The notes: generated by a model not told the origin, from the sequence alone. A stretch of DNA of 64,000 nucleotides from Terriglobia bacterium (GCA_963666975.2 CAXVYR010000004.1:1856001-1920000), one strand, 5' to 3'; positions 1 to 9,390 are shown, counted from the stretch's first letter. Program-made: numbers and translations.

Positions 1-987
1 CTGGACCGTTGCATGCCCCCCCAAACCCTCAGTTTGCTGGAGTCGTTGAAGCTATACCTGAATCTGCCGGAATGCGTGTATTTTCTGGGCGTTGATCGCG
101 ACGCGCTGGAACGCAGTATTCGCTACCATTACAAGGAAGTTGAGGTGAGCCAGAGCAGCTACCTCGACAAAATCGTGCAGCTCCCCTTCACCATTCCTCT
201 GATTGCTCCGGAATCCATGGATGAGTTTGTGAGTCCTTTGCTATCGGAAAGCCTGCAACCATGCCGGGAGCTACTGGTGATGGGGCTGGGGGATAATCCA
301 AGACAGGTGAAGAGGTTTATCAACACCCTGACGTTGAACCACCAACTAGCCTCAGAGTTGCAGATCCCCGGCTATGACCCAAAGGTGCTAGCGGTCCTGT
401 TGTTGATCCAGCAGCTTGACGTCGAACTCTACCGTGTCGTCGCCAGGCAACCAGAGCTTTTGGCAAAGTTGCAAGCCGGAAGCGAAGATGCCAAATCGCT
501 CCGAGAAAAGCACATTGCAGGGAATGAACGATTGAAGGAGGCCCTCGGCTCCGTGGAAATACCGCAGCAGGCAGATGATCTAAAGCCCTACATCTACTTG
601 ACCCAGGTAGCCCGAGTCAGGGAAGAAACTGAGCCAGGTGGGCGAGCAATCGATTTACCCGTAATCCTATCCGCGCACAAGCAGTGGCTGAAATCCAAGG
701 GTCAGGAAGGCAGTCGAGCCAACCTGAGCAGGGCCAACCTGCTGCGCAAGGCCGACCTGATCTGGGCCGACCTGCGCGGGGCCAACCTGGCCGTGGCCGA
801 CCTGAGCGAGGCCGACCTGCGCGACGCGTACGGCCTAACGGAAGTCCAGCTTGACAGCGCTAAAACCGACGAGAGGACCATCCTTCCCGACGGCTCCCAA
901 GGCCCGTTTGAACGCGGTTCAGGGGCGCATCGAGCACCAACCGCCAAGCCACAGAAGCGTGGAAGGCCTACCCGCGCGGCTGACTGA
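1..987 (+). CDS. KAP-family P-loop NTPase (C-terminal part, 5' end outside window) fused to pentapeptide repeats
   Basis: Frame open from base 1 (LDRCMP, end of Walker B). KAP motifs YLDKIVQLPF and NPRQVKRFIN. C-terminal A(N/D)Lxx repeats after HKQWL. Confidence 0.8.
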   Translation: MDRCMPPQTLSLLESLKLYLNLPECVYFLGVDRDALERSIRYHYKEVEVSQSSYLDKIVQLPFTIPLIAPESMDEFVSPLLSESLQPCRELLVMGLGDNPRQVKRFINTLTLNHQLASELQIPGYDPKVLAVLLLIQQLDVELYRVVARQPELLAKLQAGSEDAKSLREKHIAGNERLKEALGSVEIPQQADDLKPYIYLTQVARVREETEPGGRAIDLPVILSAHKQWLKSKGQEGSRANLSRANLLRKADLIWADLRGANLAVADLSEADLRDAYGLTEVQLDSAKTDERTILPDGSQGPFERGSGAHRAPTAKPQKRGRPTRAAD

Positions 988-1010
988 GAGAGCAAAGAGC
1001 CAAGACGCGG

Positions 1011-1835
1011 CTACCGAAACAAGTCCTTCTCTTTGGGCCGAATCAGGTCGGCGGCTTTGCCCGGTCCCGGTGTCCAGGGGAAATGGCGGACAATCGCCGC
1101 AGGCCTCCCGGCAGTCTTCCCCATCACCAATTCTGCCGCTGCGGCCAGCTCATCGGCTGTGGCGATGACGGTGGCCGCGAGCGAATGCCCTTGCCTGTCC
1201 TGCTGGCCCCGGTAGTCATGCAGAGGCTGGAAACCGGCTACGCCGATGGCGACGTTGGTCAGGCCTTCGCGCCAAGGCCGCCCGAAGGTGTCAGAGATGA
1301 TCACGGCCAGCCGCTTCCCCGTGGCGCTGCCGAGTTCCTCCAGCAACCGGCGGGCGGAGGCGTCCGGGTCCGCTGGCAACAGTGACACCCAGCCCTCGGG
1401 GACATTTGAGGTATCGACCCCGGCATTGGCGCAGACCAGCCCTAGATGAGTCTCTACGATGATTACTCCGCCTTCCAATCGTCCGTCCTTGCGCCCTTCC
1501 ATACGAACGACGCGCCTGCTCTCCCGCAGGATCACCTCCAGATGCCGCGCGTCCTTTCCCAGTTTCTCCGCCAGCGAGAGGGCGGAGGCAGAAGGCTCCA
1601 CGCGGCTCAGTTCCACCATGCGTCCTTCGGCCTTGGAGACGACTTTCTGCGCCACCACCAGCACGTCGCCGTCTTGCAGTCCTGGTCCGTTTTGCTCGAT
1701 AGCCTGCGAAAGCAAAGCGGCCAGCGAGTCGCCGGAGGCAACTTCCGGCAGGTCGGAGATGGCGAAGATTTCCAGCTTGTCCGGTGGCAGCTTGTCGGGT
1801 GCCAGTTTGTCCGATGAGTGCGGCGTTTGAGGCAT
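1011..1835 (-). CDS. cofE: Coenzyme F420-0:L-glutamate ligase (stand-alone, no nitroreductase domain)
   Basis: Motifs QKVVSKAEGR, CANAGVDTSN, DTFGRPWREG, DELAAAAELVMGK and terminal DLFR. Adjacent to cofC/G/H. Confidence 0.95.
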   Translation of the reverse strand: MPQTPHSSDKLAPDKLPPDKLEIFAISDLPEVASGDSLAALLSQAIEQNGPGLQDGDVLVVAQKVVSKAEGRMVELSRVEPSASALSLAEKLGKDARHLEVILRESRRVVRMEGRKDGRLEGGVIIVETHLGLVCANAGVDTSNVPEGWVSLLPADPDASARRLLEELGSATGKRLAVIISDTFGRPWREGLTNVAIGVAGFQPLHDYRGQQDRQGHSLAATVIATADELAAAAELVMGKTAGRPAAIVRHFPWTPGPGKAADLIRPKEKDLFR

Positions 1836-2027
1836 TTGTCCTTGACAACCCTTGCGCCCCCAGACTACTTTCTCAAGCTGGCTGCTTCAAGGGGCTGCCG
1901 CCGGCAATTTTACATCTTCTCGGCTTAGCGCGCTCGCGCGAAATCAGTCTGCGCAGCAGTCGGCGAGAGTCCGCGGAAGAGCCATTTCCCCAAGTCGCGT
2001 GCCGAGCTTCCAAGTGGGTGCAATTCC

Positions 2028-2759
2028 GTGATCGCCGTATTGCTTCCTGTAAAAGAGTTTTCCTCATCGAAACAACGACTATCGGGCTTTCTCACGCCGC
2101 AGGAGCGCGCACTGCTGGCCCGCACGATGTTTGAAGACGTCTTTGCCGCCCTGCGCGAGGCGCAAGAGATGAAGCAAGGCCTGGACCGCTTGCTGGTGGT
2201 CTCCGCCGAGCCGTATGTTCTCTCGCGCTGCCGTCGGGAAGGCGTCGCGGTTCTCGAGGAGCGGGAGCAGCTCAGCCACAGCGACTCGGTGAAGCTGGCT
2301 ACCCAGTGGGCGGCTCGGTTGGGCGCGACTTCTTTGCTTTCGGTTCCGATTGACACTCCTGCCGTTACCCCGCGCGAGGTTTTGTCCCTGCTCCGCGCTC
2401 ATCGCAAGTTCCCGGTGGTAGTGGTTCCTTCGGCGGACGGCAGCGGCACCAACGCCCTGCTGCGGACCCCGCCCGACGTCATTGATCCCCGGTTCGGGCC
2501 GGGAAGCTGTAAACTCCATGTTCAGGCGGCGGAGGCCAAGGGACTGCTCTATTCGGTTTTCCACTCGATTGGCTCAATGAGCAACGGCCTAAAGAGTAAT
2601 GGCCTAAAGAGTAATGGCCTAAAGAGTAATGGATTGTTGAACGACATTGACACACCCGAGGACTTGGCCCGTTTCGTTTCCTTGCAAAGCTCTTGTCGCA
2701 CCACCGAGCTGGCCCGGCAATTTCTCCGGGCGGATCGCGAGAAGGCAACATGTCTGTAA
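2028..2759 (+). CDS. cofC: 2-phospho-L-lactate/PEP guanylyltransferase
   Basis: Motifs PVKEFSSSKQRLS, DGSGTNALL, PRFGPGS, DIDTPEDL. F420 context. Confidence 0.93.
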   Translation: MIAVLLPVKEFSSSKQRLSGFLTPQERALLARTMFEDVFAALREAQEMKQGLDRLLVVSAEPYVLSRCRREGVAVLEEREQLSHSDSVKLATQWAARLGATSLLSVPIDTPAVTPREVLSLLRAHRKFPVVVVPSADGSGTNALLRTPPDVIDPRFGPGSCKLHVQAAEAKGLLYSVFHSIGSMSNGLKSNGLKSNGLKSNGLLNDIDTPEDLARFVSLQSSCRTTELARQFLRADREKATCL

Positions 2760-4015
2760 CGGTTTCGAGCGGCGTTGCATTGTTAGAACGGGCTGTCGGT
2801 GAGATTCCCCTCAGCCGGGAAGAGGCCTTGTTGCTCTACACCTCGCATGAGGTAGAACTCGAACAACTGGCCGAGGCGGCGCGGCGGTTGCGCAGCGAGG
2901 GCAAGGGCGCGGCCATCACCTATTCGCCGAAAGTATTTCTTCCGCTCACCAACCTTTGCCGCGACCGTTGCCGCTACTGCACCTTTCGTCGTGACCCTAA
3001 CCAGGAAGGCGCGCACTGGATGGAACCGGAGGAGGTTCTGGCCATCGCGCGCGCCGGGGAATCGCTCGGCTGCAAGGAAGCCTTGCTGAGCCTCGGCGAC
3101 CGCCCCGAGGCCGCTTTCCCGGAGGCACGGCAGTGGCTCCGGCGGCGCGGCTTTCACCGGACGCTTGACTACGTGGCGGCCATCAGCGACCTTCTGCTGG
3201 AGCAGACAACGCTGTTTGTCCATACCAATCCGGGATTGATGTCTCGGGGCGACATCGCCCGCCTGAAGCAATCGAATGCCAGCCTGGGGCTGATGCTGGA
3301 GAGCACCTCCACGGCGTTGTTTGCCAGCGGAGGGGCGCACGAGGATGCCGTCGATAAATGGCCCGCCCGCCGTTTGCAAACCATCCGGGAGGCCGGAGAG
3401 GTGAAGATTCCCTTTACCACGGGGATCCTTGCAGGGATCGGGGAGTCCGCAGAGGACGTGATTGACTCGCTGCTCGCCATTCGAGAGATGCACCTTCGCT
3501 ACGGGCACATCCAGGAGGTCATCGTCCAGAACTTTGTGCCCAAGCCTGAGATTCCCATGGCAAGCTGGCCTGCTCCGCCGCCGCGCAGCTTTGCGAGGAT
3601 CGTGGCCATGGCCCGAATCCTGCTGGGCCCGCGGATGAACATCCAGGCCCCACCCAACCTGAGTCCGGGAGGCCTCGAGTTGCTGCTCGATTGCGGCCTC
3701 AACGACTGGGGCGGAATTTCTCCTTTGACGCTCGATCACATCAATCCGGAGGCTCCCTGGCCGGAGGTGGAAAAGCTGGCGGCGCTGGTCCGCGGCAAGG
3801 GGCTTCATCTGAGGGAACGGCTGGCGGTCTATCCGGAATATGTTGGGCGGCAGGAATTTTTCTCGCCGCGCGTTTGGCAACTCTTACAGGAGCGTACGGA
3901 CGCTGACGGCTATCCGGCCTCGTCCTCTTCATCTTCATCATCCTCCACCCTCCACCCAAACAATCCTCACGAAAGAAAGGCAAGACAATGGCTCTCAAGC
4001 GAAACGTGTCAATGA
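2750..4015 (+). CDS. cofG: FO synthase subunit CofG (radical SAM)
   Basis: TYSPKVFLPLTNLCRDRCRYC (CxxxCxxC), PFTTGILAGIGE, IQAPPNL, DWGGISP. ATG at 2750 overlaps the cofC end. Confidence 0.93.
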   Translation: MSVTVSSGVALLERAVGEIPLSREEALLLYTSHEVELEQLAEAARRLRSEGKGAAITYSPKVFLPLTNLCRDRCRYCTFRRDPNQEGAHWMEPEEVLAIARAGESLGCKEALLSLGDRPEAAFPEARQWLRRRGFHRTLDYVAAISDLLLEQTTLFVHTNPGLMSRGDIARLKQSNASLGLMLESTSTALFASGGAHEDAVDKWPARRLQTIREAGEVKIPFTTGILAGIGESAEDVIDSLLAIREMHLRYGHIQEVIVQNFVPKPEIPMASWPAPPPRSFARIVAMARILLGPRMNIQAPPNLSPGGLELLLDCGLNDWGGISPLTLDHINPEAPWPEVEKLAALVRGKGLHLRERLAVYPEYVGRQEFFSPRVWQLLQERTDADGYPASSSSSSSSSTLHPNNPHERKARQWLSSETCQ

Positions 4016-5166
4016 AGCTGCGGGAAGCGGAATACGAAGATTTAGCCCCATCGCTCGCGGGGCCTCTGCGCGGGGCTTTGGAGGCGGCGCTGGAAGGGCG
4101 GGACCTCGACCGGGAACAGGGCAATCACGTAGCGGAGGCGCGCGGCCCGGAACTGGCAGCCGTGGCGGCGGTGGCAGACCGCCTGCGCCGCCAAACGGTG
4201 GGCGAAGACGTCAGTTATGTGGTGAACCGCAACATCAACTTCACCAACATCTGCGTCATCGGCTGCACCTTCTGCTGTTTTGGAAAGAGCGTCCACGCAC
4301 CCGACGCCTACTGGCATTCCCTCGATGCAGTGGCGGACAAAGCGGAGGAGGCATGGCAGTTGGGCGCGACCGAGGTGTGCATGCAGGGCGGGCTGCCGCC
4401 GGAGCTGGACGGAGATTACTACCGCCGGCTCCTGGAAGCCATCAAGCGCCGCGTGCCTGAGATGCATATTCACGCCTTTTCGCCCATGGAGGTGGTCTAC
4501 GGGGTGGAGAGAAGCGGGCTCCCGTTGCGCGACTATTTGAAGATGCTCCGGGAAGCAGGTCTCGGCAGCCTGCCGGGCACTGCGGCAGAGATTCTGGACG
4601 ACCGCGTGCGGTCCGTCATTTCCCGGATCAAGCTGACTCGCGACCAATGGGTGGAGGTCATCACGACCGCGCACGAGCTGGGCATCCCCACGACCTCCAC
4701 CATGATGTACGGGCATATCGAAGAGCCCGCCGACTGGGTCAACCACCTTTTGCTGTTGCGCTCCATGCAGAATCGCACCGGCGGATTCACCGAGTTTGTG
4801 CCGCTGGGTTTCATCCACGAGAAGACGCCGCTGTTCCGCACGGGGAACGCACGGCCCGGCAGCACGGTGGAGGAGGACGTGGCCGTGCATGCGCTGGCCC
4901 GCATCCTGCTGAACAACTCCATCCCCAACCTGCAAATTTCCTGGGTGAAGCTCGGATGGGAGGTTTCCCGGCTGTGCCTGCAAGCGGGCGCCAACGACTT
5001 CGGCGGAACGCTGATGGAGGAGAACATCTCCGGGGCGTCGGGCGAGATTGAGGCCAGTTCCGCAACAGCCGGGCAGTTGCAGTCGTTTATCCTGTCGGAG
5101 GGACGCTCGCCGGTGGAGCGCAGTACCGGCTACCGGGTCCTGAAGCGTTTTGAGGCGCTAGCGTGA
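3988..5166 (+). CDS. cofH: FO synthase subunit CofH (radical SAM)
   Basis: VVNRNINFTNICVIGCTFC, PGTAAEILDD, TTSTMMYGH, GANDFGGTLMEENIS. Follows cofG. Confidence 0.92.
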   Translation: MALKRNVSMKLREAEYEDLAPSLAGPLRGALEAALEGRDLDREQGNHVAEARGPELAAVAAVADRLRRQTVGEDVSYVVNRNINFTNICVIGCTFCCFGKSVHAPDAYWHSLDAVADKAEEAWQLGATEVCMQGGLPPELDGDYYRRLLEAIKRRVPEMHIHAFSPMEVVYGVERSGLPLRDYLKMLREAGLGSLPGTAAEILDDRVRSVISRIKLTRDQWVEVITTAHELGIPTTSTMMYGHIEEPADWVNHLLLLRSMQNRTGGFTEFVPLGFIHEKTPLFRTGNARPGSTVEEDVAVHALARILLNNSIPNLQISWVKLGWEVSRLCLQAGANDFGGTLMEENISGASGEIEASSATAGQLQSFILSEGRSPVERSTGYRVLKRFEALA

Positions 5167-5852
5167 GCACAGAAAAAGAAAAGATCGCCCTCATCGGAGG
5201 CACCGGCGACCTGGGATTCGGGCTGGCGTTGCGATGGGCGCGCGCCGGGGAGCAGATTCTGATTGGGTCCCGCGATGCCAAGAAAGCGAAGGATGCGGCC
5301 GAGCGAGTGAAGGCAGCGGTTGGTTCAAGCGTATCCGTTGCCGGGTTGGTGAACCCCGAGGCCGCCGCCCAGGCTTCCATCGTGGTGCTGACGGTCCCTT
5401 TCCCCGCGCAAGTGGGCATCCTCAAGAGCATTCGCGGCAGCCTGGAGGATTCGATCCTGATCGACACGACGGTCCCTTTGGCGGCAACTCTCGGCGGCAA
5501 GCTGACAAGGGTGCTGGGCGTCTGGCAGGGTTCCGCCGCCGAGCAAGCCCGCGAGTTGGCGCCCGCTGCTACGCCCGTGCTGGCCGCTTTCCACAACCTC
5601 TCGGGGCTTGCCTTGCAGGACCTGTCGGCGACGCTTGATTGCGACATCCTGATCTGCGGCGATGATGAGGCGGCCAAACAAAAGCTCTTTCCCCTGGTAA
5701 AATTGATTGCAGGGTTGCGGCCGGTCGATGCCGGCGGGCTGGAGATGGCCCGCATCGTGGAGGGGCTGACGGCGCTTTTGATCTCGGTGAACCGTCGAAA
5801 TCGCGTGTCTCACAGCGGACTCCGCATTACAGGGCTGGGCTCGGCGTCATAG
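5163..5852 (+). CDS. npdG: NADPH-dependent F420 reductase (Fno)
   Basis: IGGTGDLGFGLALRWA, IGSR, QGSAAEQA, AAFHNLS, terminal GLRITGL. GTGA overlap with cofH. Confidence 0.92.
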   Translation: MSTEKEKIALIGGTGDLGFGLALRWARAGEQILIGSRDAKKAKDAAERVKAAVGSSVSVAGLVNPEAAAQASIVVLTVPFPAQVGILKSIRGSLEDSILIDTTVPLAATLGGKLTRVLGVWQGSAAEQARELAPAATPVLAAFHNLSGLALQDLSATLDCDILICGDDEAAKQKLFPLVKLIAGLRPVDAGGLEMARIVEGLTALLISVNRRNRVSHSGLRITGLGSAS

Positions 5853-5887
5853 GCTGTCGGCGGCTGTCGGCGCGGCGGGGAAACAAG

Positions 5888-6628
5888 ATGATGACAAGCA
5901 ACTGGATTCGGGTGTGGCTTGTGCTTGGCGTTCTCTGCGTCCTGGCAGGTTCGGCTTGCCGCGAGGAGAGCGACGAGAATTTCGAGACCGGCATGGCGGC
6001 ATACTCGCAAGGGGATTATGAAACGGCGCTGAACAAATGGCGTCCGCTGGCGGAACGGGGACATTCCAGCGCCCAGTCAAACCTCGGCGTGATGTACTAC
6101 CAGGGACTGGGAGTCCGTCGAAACTTCCCGGAAGCGCTGAAGTGGTATCGCATGGCGGCGGTGCAGGGACATGTCGACGCCCAATACAACCTGGGAGTCG
6201 CCTACACGGAGGGGCGGGCTGCCCGCCGCGATTACGAGGAAGCATTGCAATGGTACGAGATGTCGGCCGAGCAGGGATATGCCCCGGCACAGCTTGTTTT
6301 AGGGAATATGTATTCCAAGGCCCAGGGAGTGGAGCGGGATGCCGCCGAGGCGGCCAAGTGGTACCGGCAGGCTGCCGAGCAAGGAAATCTCACGGCGATT
6401 TTTTTGGCGGGTTCCTTGTACCTGAGCGGCGAGGGGGTCGAGCAAGACCTCGTGCAGGCTTACATGTGGTTCGCCATGGCCGCCGCGCTGGGTCCCCAGG
6501 GGGCTCAGGAGACCGCCAACAGAAACAAGGAATTGGTAGCCCAGCAAATGACCCCGGAGCAGATCGCAGAGGCCGAAGAGCTGGCGAAAAACTGGGAGCC
6601 GGTTAGGCCCATTGCTGGCGGGCAGTAA
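5888..6628 (+). CDS. Secreted Sel1-like (TPR) repeat protein
   Basis: Hydrophobic N-terminus and several AQxNLGxxY...A.KWY..AAEQG repeats. Confidence 0.9.
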   Translation: MMTSNWIRVWLVLGVLCVLAGSACREESDENFETGMAAYSQGDYETALNKWRPLAERGHSSAQSNLGVMYYQGLGVRRNFPEALKWYRMAAVQGHVDAQYNLGVAYTEGRAARRDYEEALQWYEMSAEQGYAPAQLVLGNMYSKAQGVERDAAEAAKWYRQAAEQGNLTAIFLAGSLYLSGEGVEQDLVQAYMWFAMAAALGPQGAQETANRNKELVAQQMTPEQIAEAEELAKNWEPVRPIAGGQ

Positions 6629-6673
6629 GCTCCGCAGGGCGGAGTTGGGTTCGTTAGGGTCTTTGACTGAATC

Positions 6674-6934
6674 TCATCGTCGGTACACCTCCCGGCGGTG
6701 CCCGATTCTGACTATAAGCACAACGAGACCCTCGTCTTGGATCTCGTAAATTACACGATAATCTCCGACCCGCAAGCGGTAGCGCCGTTCCTACCCCTCC
6801 AGCTTTTCTACACCCCTTGGCCGGGGCTGACTGGCGAGAGCGTCAATCTTGGAAGCGATCCGCTGTTGGAGGCCTTTGGCCAGCTTCGAGAACTCTCGGC
6901 TGGCTGAGGAGGCAAACTCAATTCGGTAGGGCAT
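6674..6934 (-). pseudogene. RelE/ParE-family toxin interrupted by an in-frame TAG at codon 48
   Basis: Manual translation gives MPYRIEFASSASREFSKL...[52 protein letters not shown] at 6791-6793. Directly downstream of a Phd antitoxin. Confidence 0.88.
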
Positions 6935-6944
6935 TCATCCAGCC

Positions 6945-7193
6945 CTAAGCAAGCCCAAGGTCCTTCTTCAATTTTTCCCAGGGAATCCGGTGCGGGTCTT
7001 TCAGAGCCTTTTCGGCAGCCTCATTATCCAGGCGGTCCTCGATCTTCCGCAAGAGTTCCAGGTCCTCCAAAGAGACCAGTGCGGCCACGTCCTTCCCGCT
7101 ACGACGCACGACAATGCGCTCTCCACGGCGCACGACTCGGTTGAGAACCGCAGCAAATTCATTGCGGATTTTACTGGTGTTCAGGCGGGTCAT
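6945..7193 (-). CDS. Phd/YefM-family antitoxin
   Basis: 82 aa, FAAVLNRV..GERIVVRRSGKDVAALVSLEDLE, terminal IPWEKLKKDLGL. RBS aaggag. Confidence 0.88.
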   Translation of the reverse strand: MTRLNTSKIRNEFAAVLNRVVRRGERIVVRRSGKDVAALVSLEDLELLRKIEDRLDNEAAEKALKDPHRIPWEKLKKDLGLA

Positions 7194-7311
7194 GACGATG
7201 CTTGTAGGAAGCTCCTTTGACTATATTACTTCTGTTGCTGTCCACAGACAAGGGTCTCGATCTGCTAATCGAAGGGAGTCCGCAGCAGAAACCGCTGTCG
7301 CGTTCATCCAC

Positions 7312-8238
7312 CTAGTCCTTGAACAGTTGATGGGCAATGATCTCCTTTTGTATCTCCGAGGTGCCTTCATAGACGCGCAGGGCGCGGATTTCCCGGTAGA
7401 GCCGCTCGACCACGGTTCCTTTCAGCACGCCCGTGCCGCCGTGGATTTGCAGCGCCCGGTCGATCACCTTCTGGCCGGTTTCGGTGGCGAAGAGCTTGGC
7501 CATCGAAGAGGCCAGAACCAATGTCCGGTGCGGAGTTCGGGTTAGCGCCCGGTCGCCAGACGCAGCTTCCCGGCGAGCCTGGTCCAGGTTCCACGCTGCC
7601 TGAAAGACCAGCAGCCGGGCCGCTTCCAGCTCCGTAGCCATCTCGGCCAGCATGAAGCGGAGTCCTTGGAACTCGGAAAGCGTTTTTCCGAACTGCTTCC
7701 TTTTTTTGGCATACGCCGTAGCCTCCTCCAGCGCCCTCTCCGCCAGCCCCAGTGCGGCGGCCCCTACCGTGGTGCGAAACGATTCCAGCGTCTGCAGCAG
7801 TATGGAGTAACCTTCTCCCTCCAGCCCCAGCAGGTTTTCCGCCGGGACCCGGCAGCGTTCCAGTTGAAATTCGCCGATCGGGTGCGGCGCGATCAATTCA
7901 AGTTTCCGGGTCATGTTCAGACCGGGGCGGTCCTTCTCCACCACGATGGCGGAGATTCCTTTGCGGCCCTGGGCGGGATCGGTTTTGGCAAAGACGACGT
8001 AAAAGGCGGCGATGCCCGCGTTCGAGATGAACTTCTTTGTGTCCTCCAGGACGTACTCGTTTCCTTCGCGCCGCGCGCGGGTTTGGATGCCGGCGGCGTC
8101 GGAGCCCGCCTCCGGCTCGGTGAGGGCGAAGGCGGCGATGGCCTCCCCGCTGGCGACCTGCGGCAGGAACCGCTGTTTGATTTTCTCGCTGCCCGCCAGC
8201 GTGTGATGTTCTGGTTCAAAAAATGTCGTGTGGATCAT
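7312..8238 (-). pseudogene. Acyl-CoA dehydrogenase with most of the N-terminal domain deleted in frame
   Basis: FALTEPEAGSD, KKFISNAG, RKQFGK, ALQIHGG, YEGTSEIQ. Only 308 aa: the start (MIHTTFFEPEHHTLA) runs straight into GSEKIKQRFLP. Confidence 0.7.
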
Positions 8239-8535
8239 GATTTACTGGTCCCATCTCCCGCCAATTCCCTTTCTTGATCTGCGATCTGTCGCTCTGGTTC
8301 CAATGCCGCACATTTTATATCCAGCGTTGGCGGGGAACATCTATTCTTGATGGTATTTTCAGCCGAAAAGCCTCTTTATGCCCTGGCAGGGCCGGCACAG
8401 GCGGCGGAGGGGTCCGCTTTTAGTTGACAGGACCGGGTGAGAGCTTTAAGTTGTTGACGATTCGAGCCGAAGTGATAGATACAGCCGGGCGTTGGCAGTT
8501 CCGGGAAAAGCTGCTGCGCATGCCGAGGAACCGAT

Positions 8536-9351
8536 GTGGAGGAACCGATAATGATGAACTCTGAGGAGATGTTAGAGTATGCCAGGAAGAGCTATTCGCA
8601 ACCTGCCGTGAAGGCAGTCCGGGAACCCTTTCCCCGGAAGCCAAAGGAGGTTCTTCCCCCCGGCGAATTTCTGGACTGCTTGATTGATGCGGCCTTCCGC
8701 AACAGTCCGAACCTGCTTCATCCGTTTGCCTCCCGCTTGGTAAATGGGAAGTGGGAAAAACTCCAATTGCAGGAGTGGGTGCGGCAGGACTATCAGCGCA
8801 TCGTGCTGATCATTCGCCGGCACGCTTTGATCGCGGGAAATTCCCCGGACTATGAAACCATCTGGGGCCTTCTGGCGCGTGTCAAAGCGGAAGCGGATGT
8901 CGATCCGGTGGGAGGAAACTTTTTTGCTCTTCCGAAGCTTTGGATCAAGTTCGGGATCGCATTGGGTCTCTCACGAGAGGATATTGTTAACTGTCAACCG
9001 CATACGCTGCTGAGCCTGCTCCATGAAGCTTTGCTGACGGAGGTTCGGTTTTCCAGCGCCATGCCGGTTCGGGAGGTCGTTGACGCCTGCATTAGCCCTG
9101 TTTTTTACCGGCTGTGGGGTGAGGCGCTGGAGGGTTCCTGCCAACTCCCCCATGACGCGCTGGACTATTTCTGGGCCAGGGCGTCAGACCACTGGGGGCA
9201 GGAAACCGGCCGGTCCATTCTGCTGCGCGGAGCCGAATCCGGGGAAGCGCAAGAAGTGTTGTGGAGGGAATACCAGAGCCAGGTGAAAATTGACCGGGAA
9301 TGGCACCGCTTGACGATCTTGCAGAGGCTTATGGATTCCGGCACGGCGTAG
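8536..9351 (+). CDS. TenA/PqqC/CADD-like (heme-oxygenase-like fold) protein, divergent
   Basis: HPFASRLVNG...LQEWVRQDY and LWIKFGIALGLS motifs typical of the family. Start codon uncertain. Confidence 0.65.
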   Translation: MEEPIMMNSEEMLEYARKSYSQPAVKAVREPFPRKPKEVLPPGEFLDCLIDAAFRNSPNLLHPFASRLVNGKWEKLQLQEWVRQDYQRIVLIIRRHALIAGNSPDYETIWGLLARVKAEADVDPVGGNFFALPKLWIKFGIALGLSREDIVNCQPHTLLSLLHEALLTEVRFSSAMPVREVVDACISPVFYRLWGEALEGSCQLPHDALDYFWARASDHWGQETGRSILLRGAESGEAQEVLWREYQSQVKIDREWHRLTILQRLMDSGTA

Positions 9352-9390
9352 ATGCCTGCAAGCTGTTTCATAACCTGATTTCAGGAATTG

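Noticed and set aside
1836-2027. cofD remnant between cofE and cofC
   Set aside because: No CofD-like motif seen; it looks like a divergent promoter region.
3910-4015. Programmed frameshift fusing cofG and cofH into FbiC
   Set aside because: No clear slippery heptamer, and cofH has its own ATG with a purine-rich upstream sequence.
6791-6793. Pyrrolysine recoding of the RelE TAG
   Set aside because: No pyl genes in view, and the position is not a known Pyl site. A nonsense mutation is simpler.
6698-6907. 69-aa plus-strand ORF
   Set aside because: Antisense to the RelE pseudogene.
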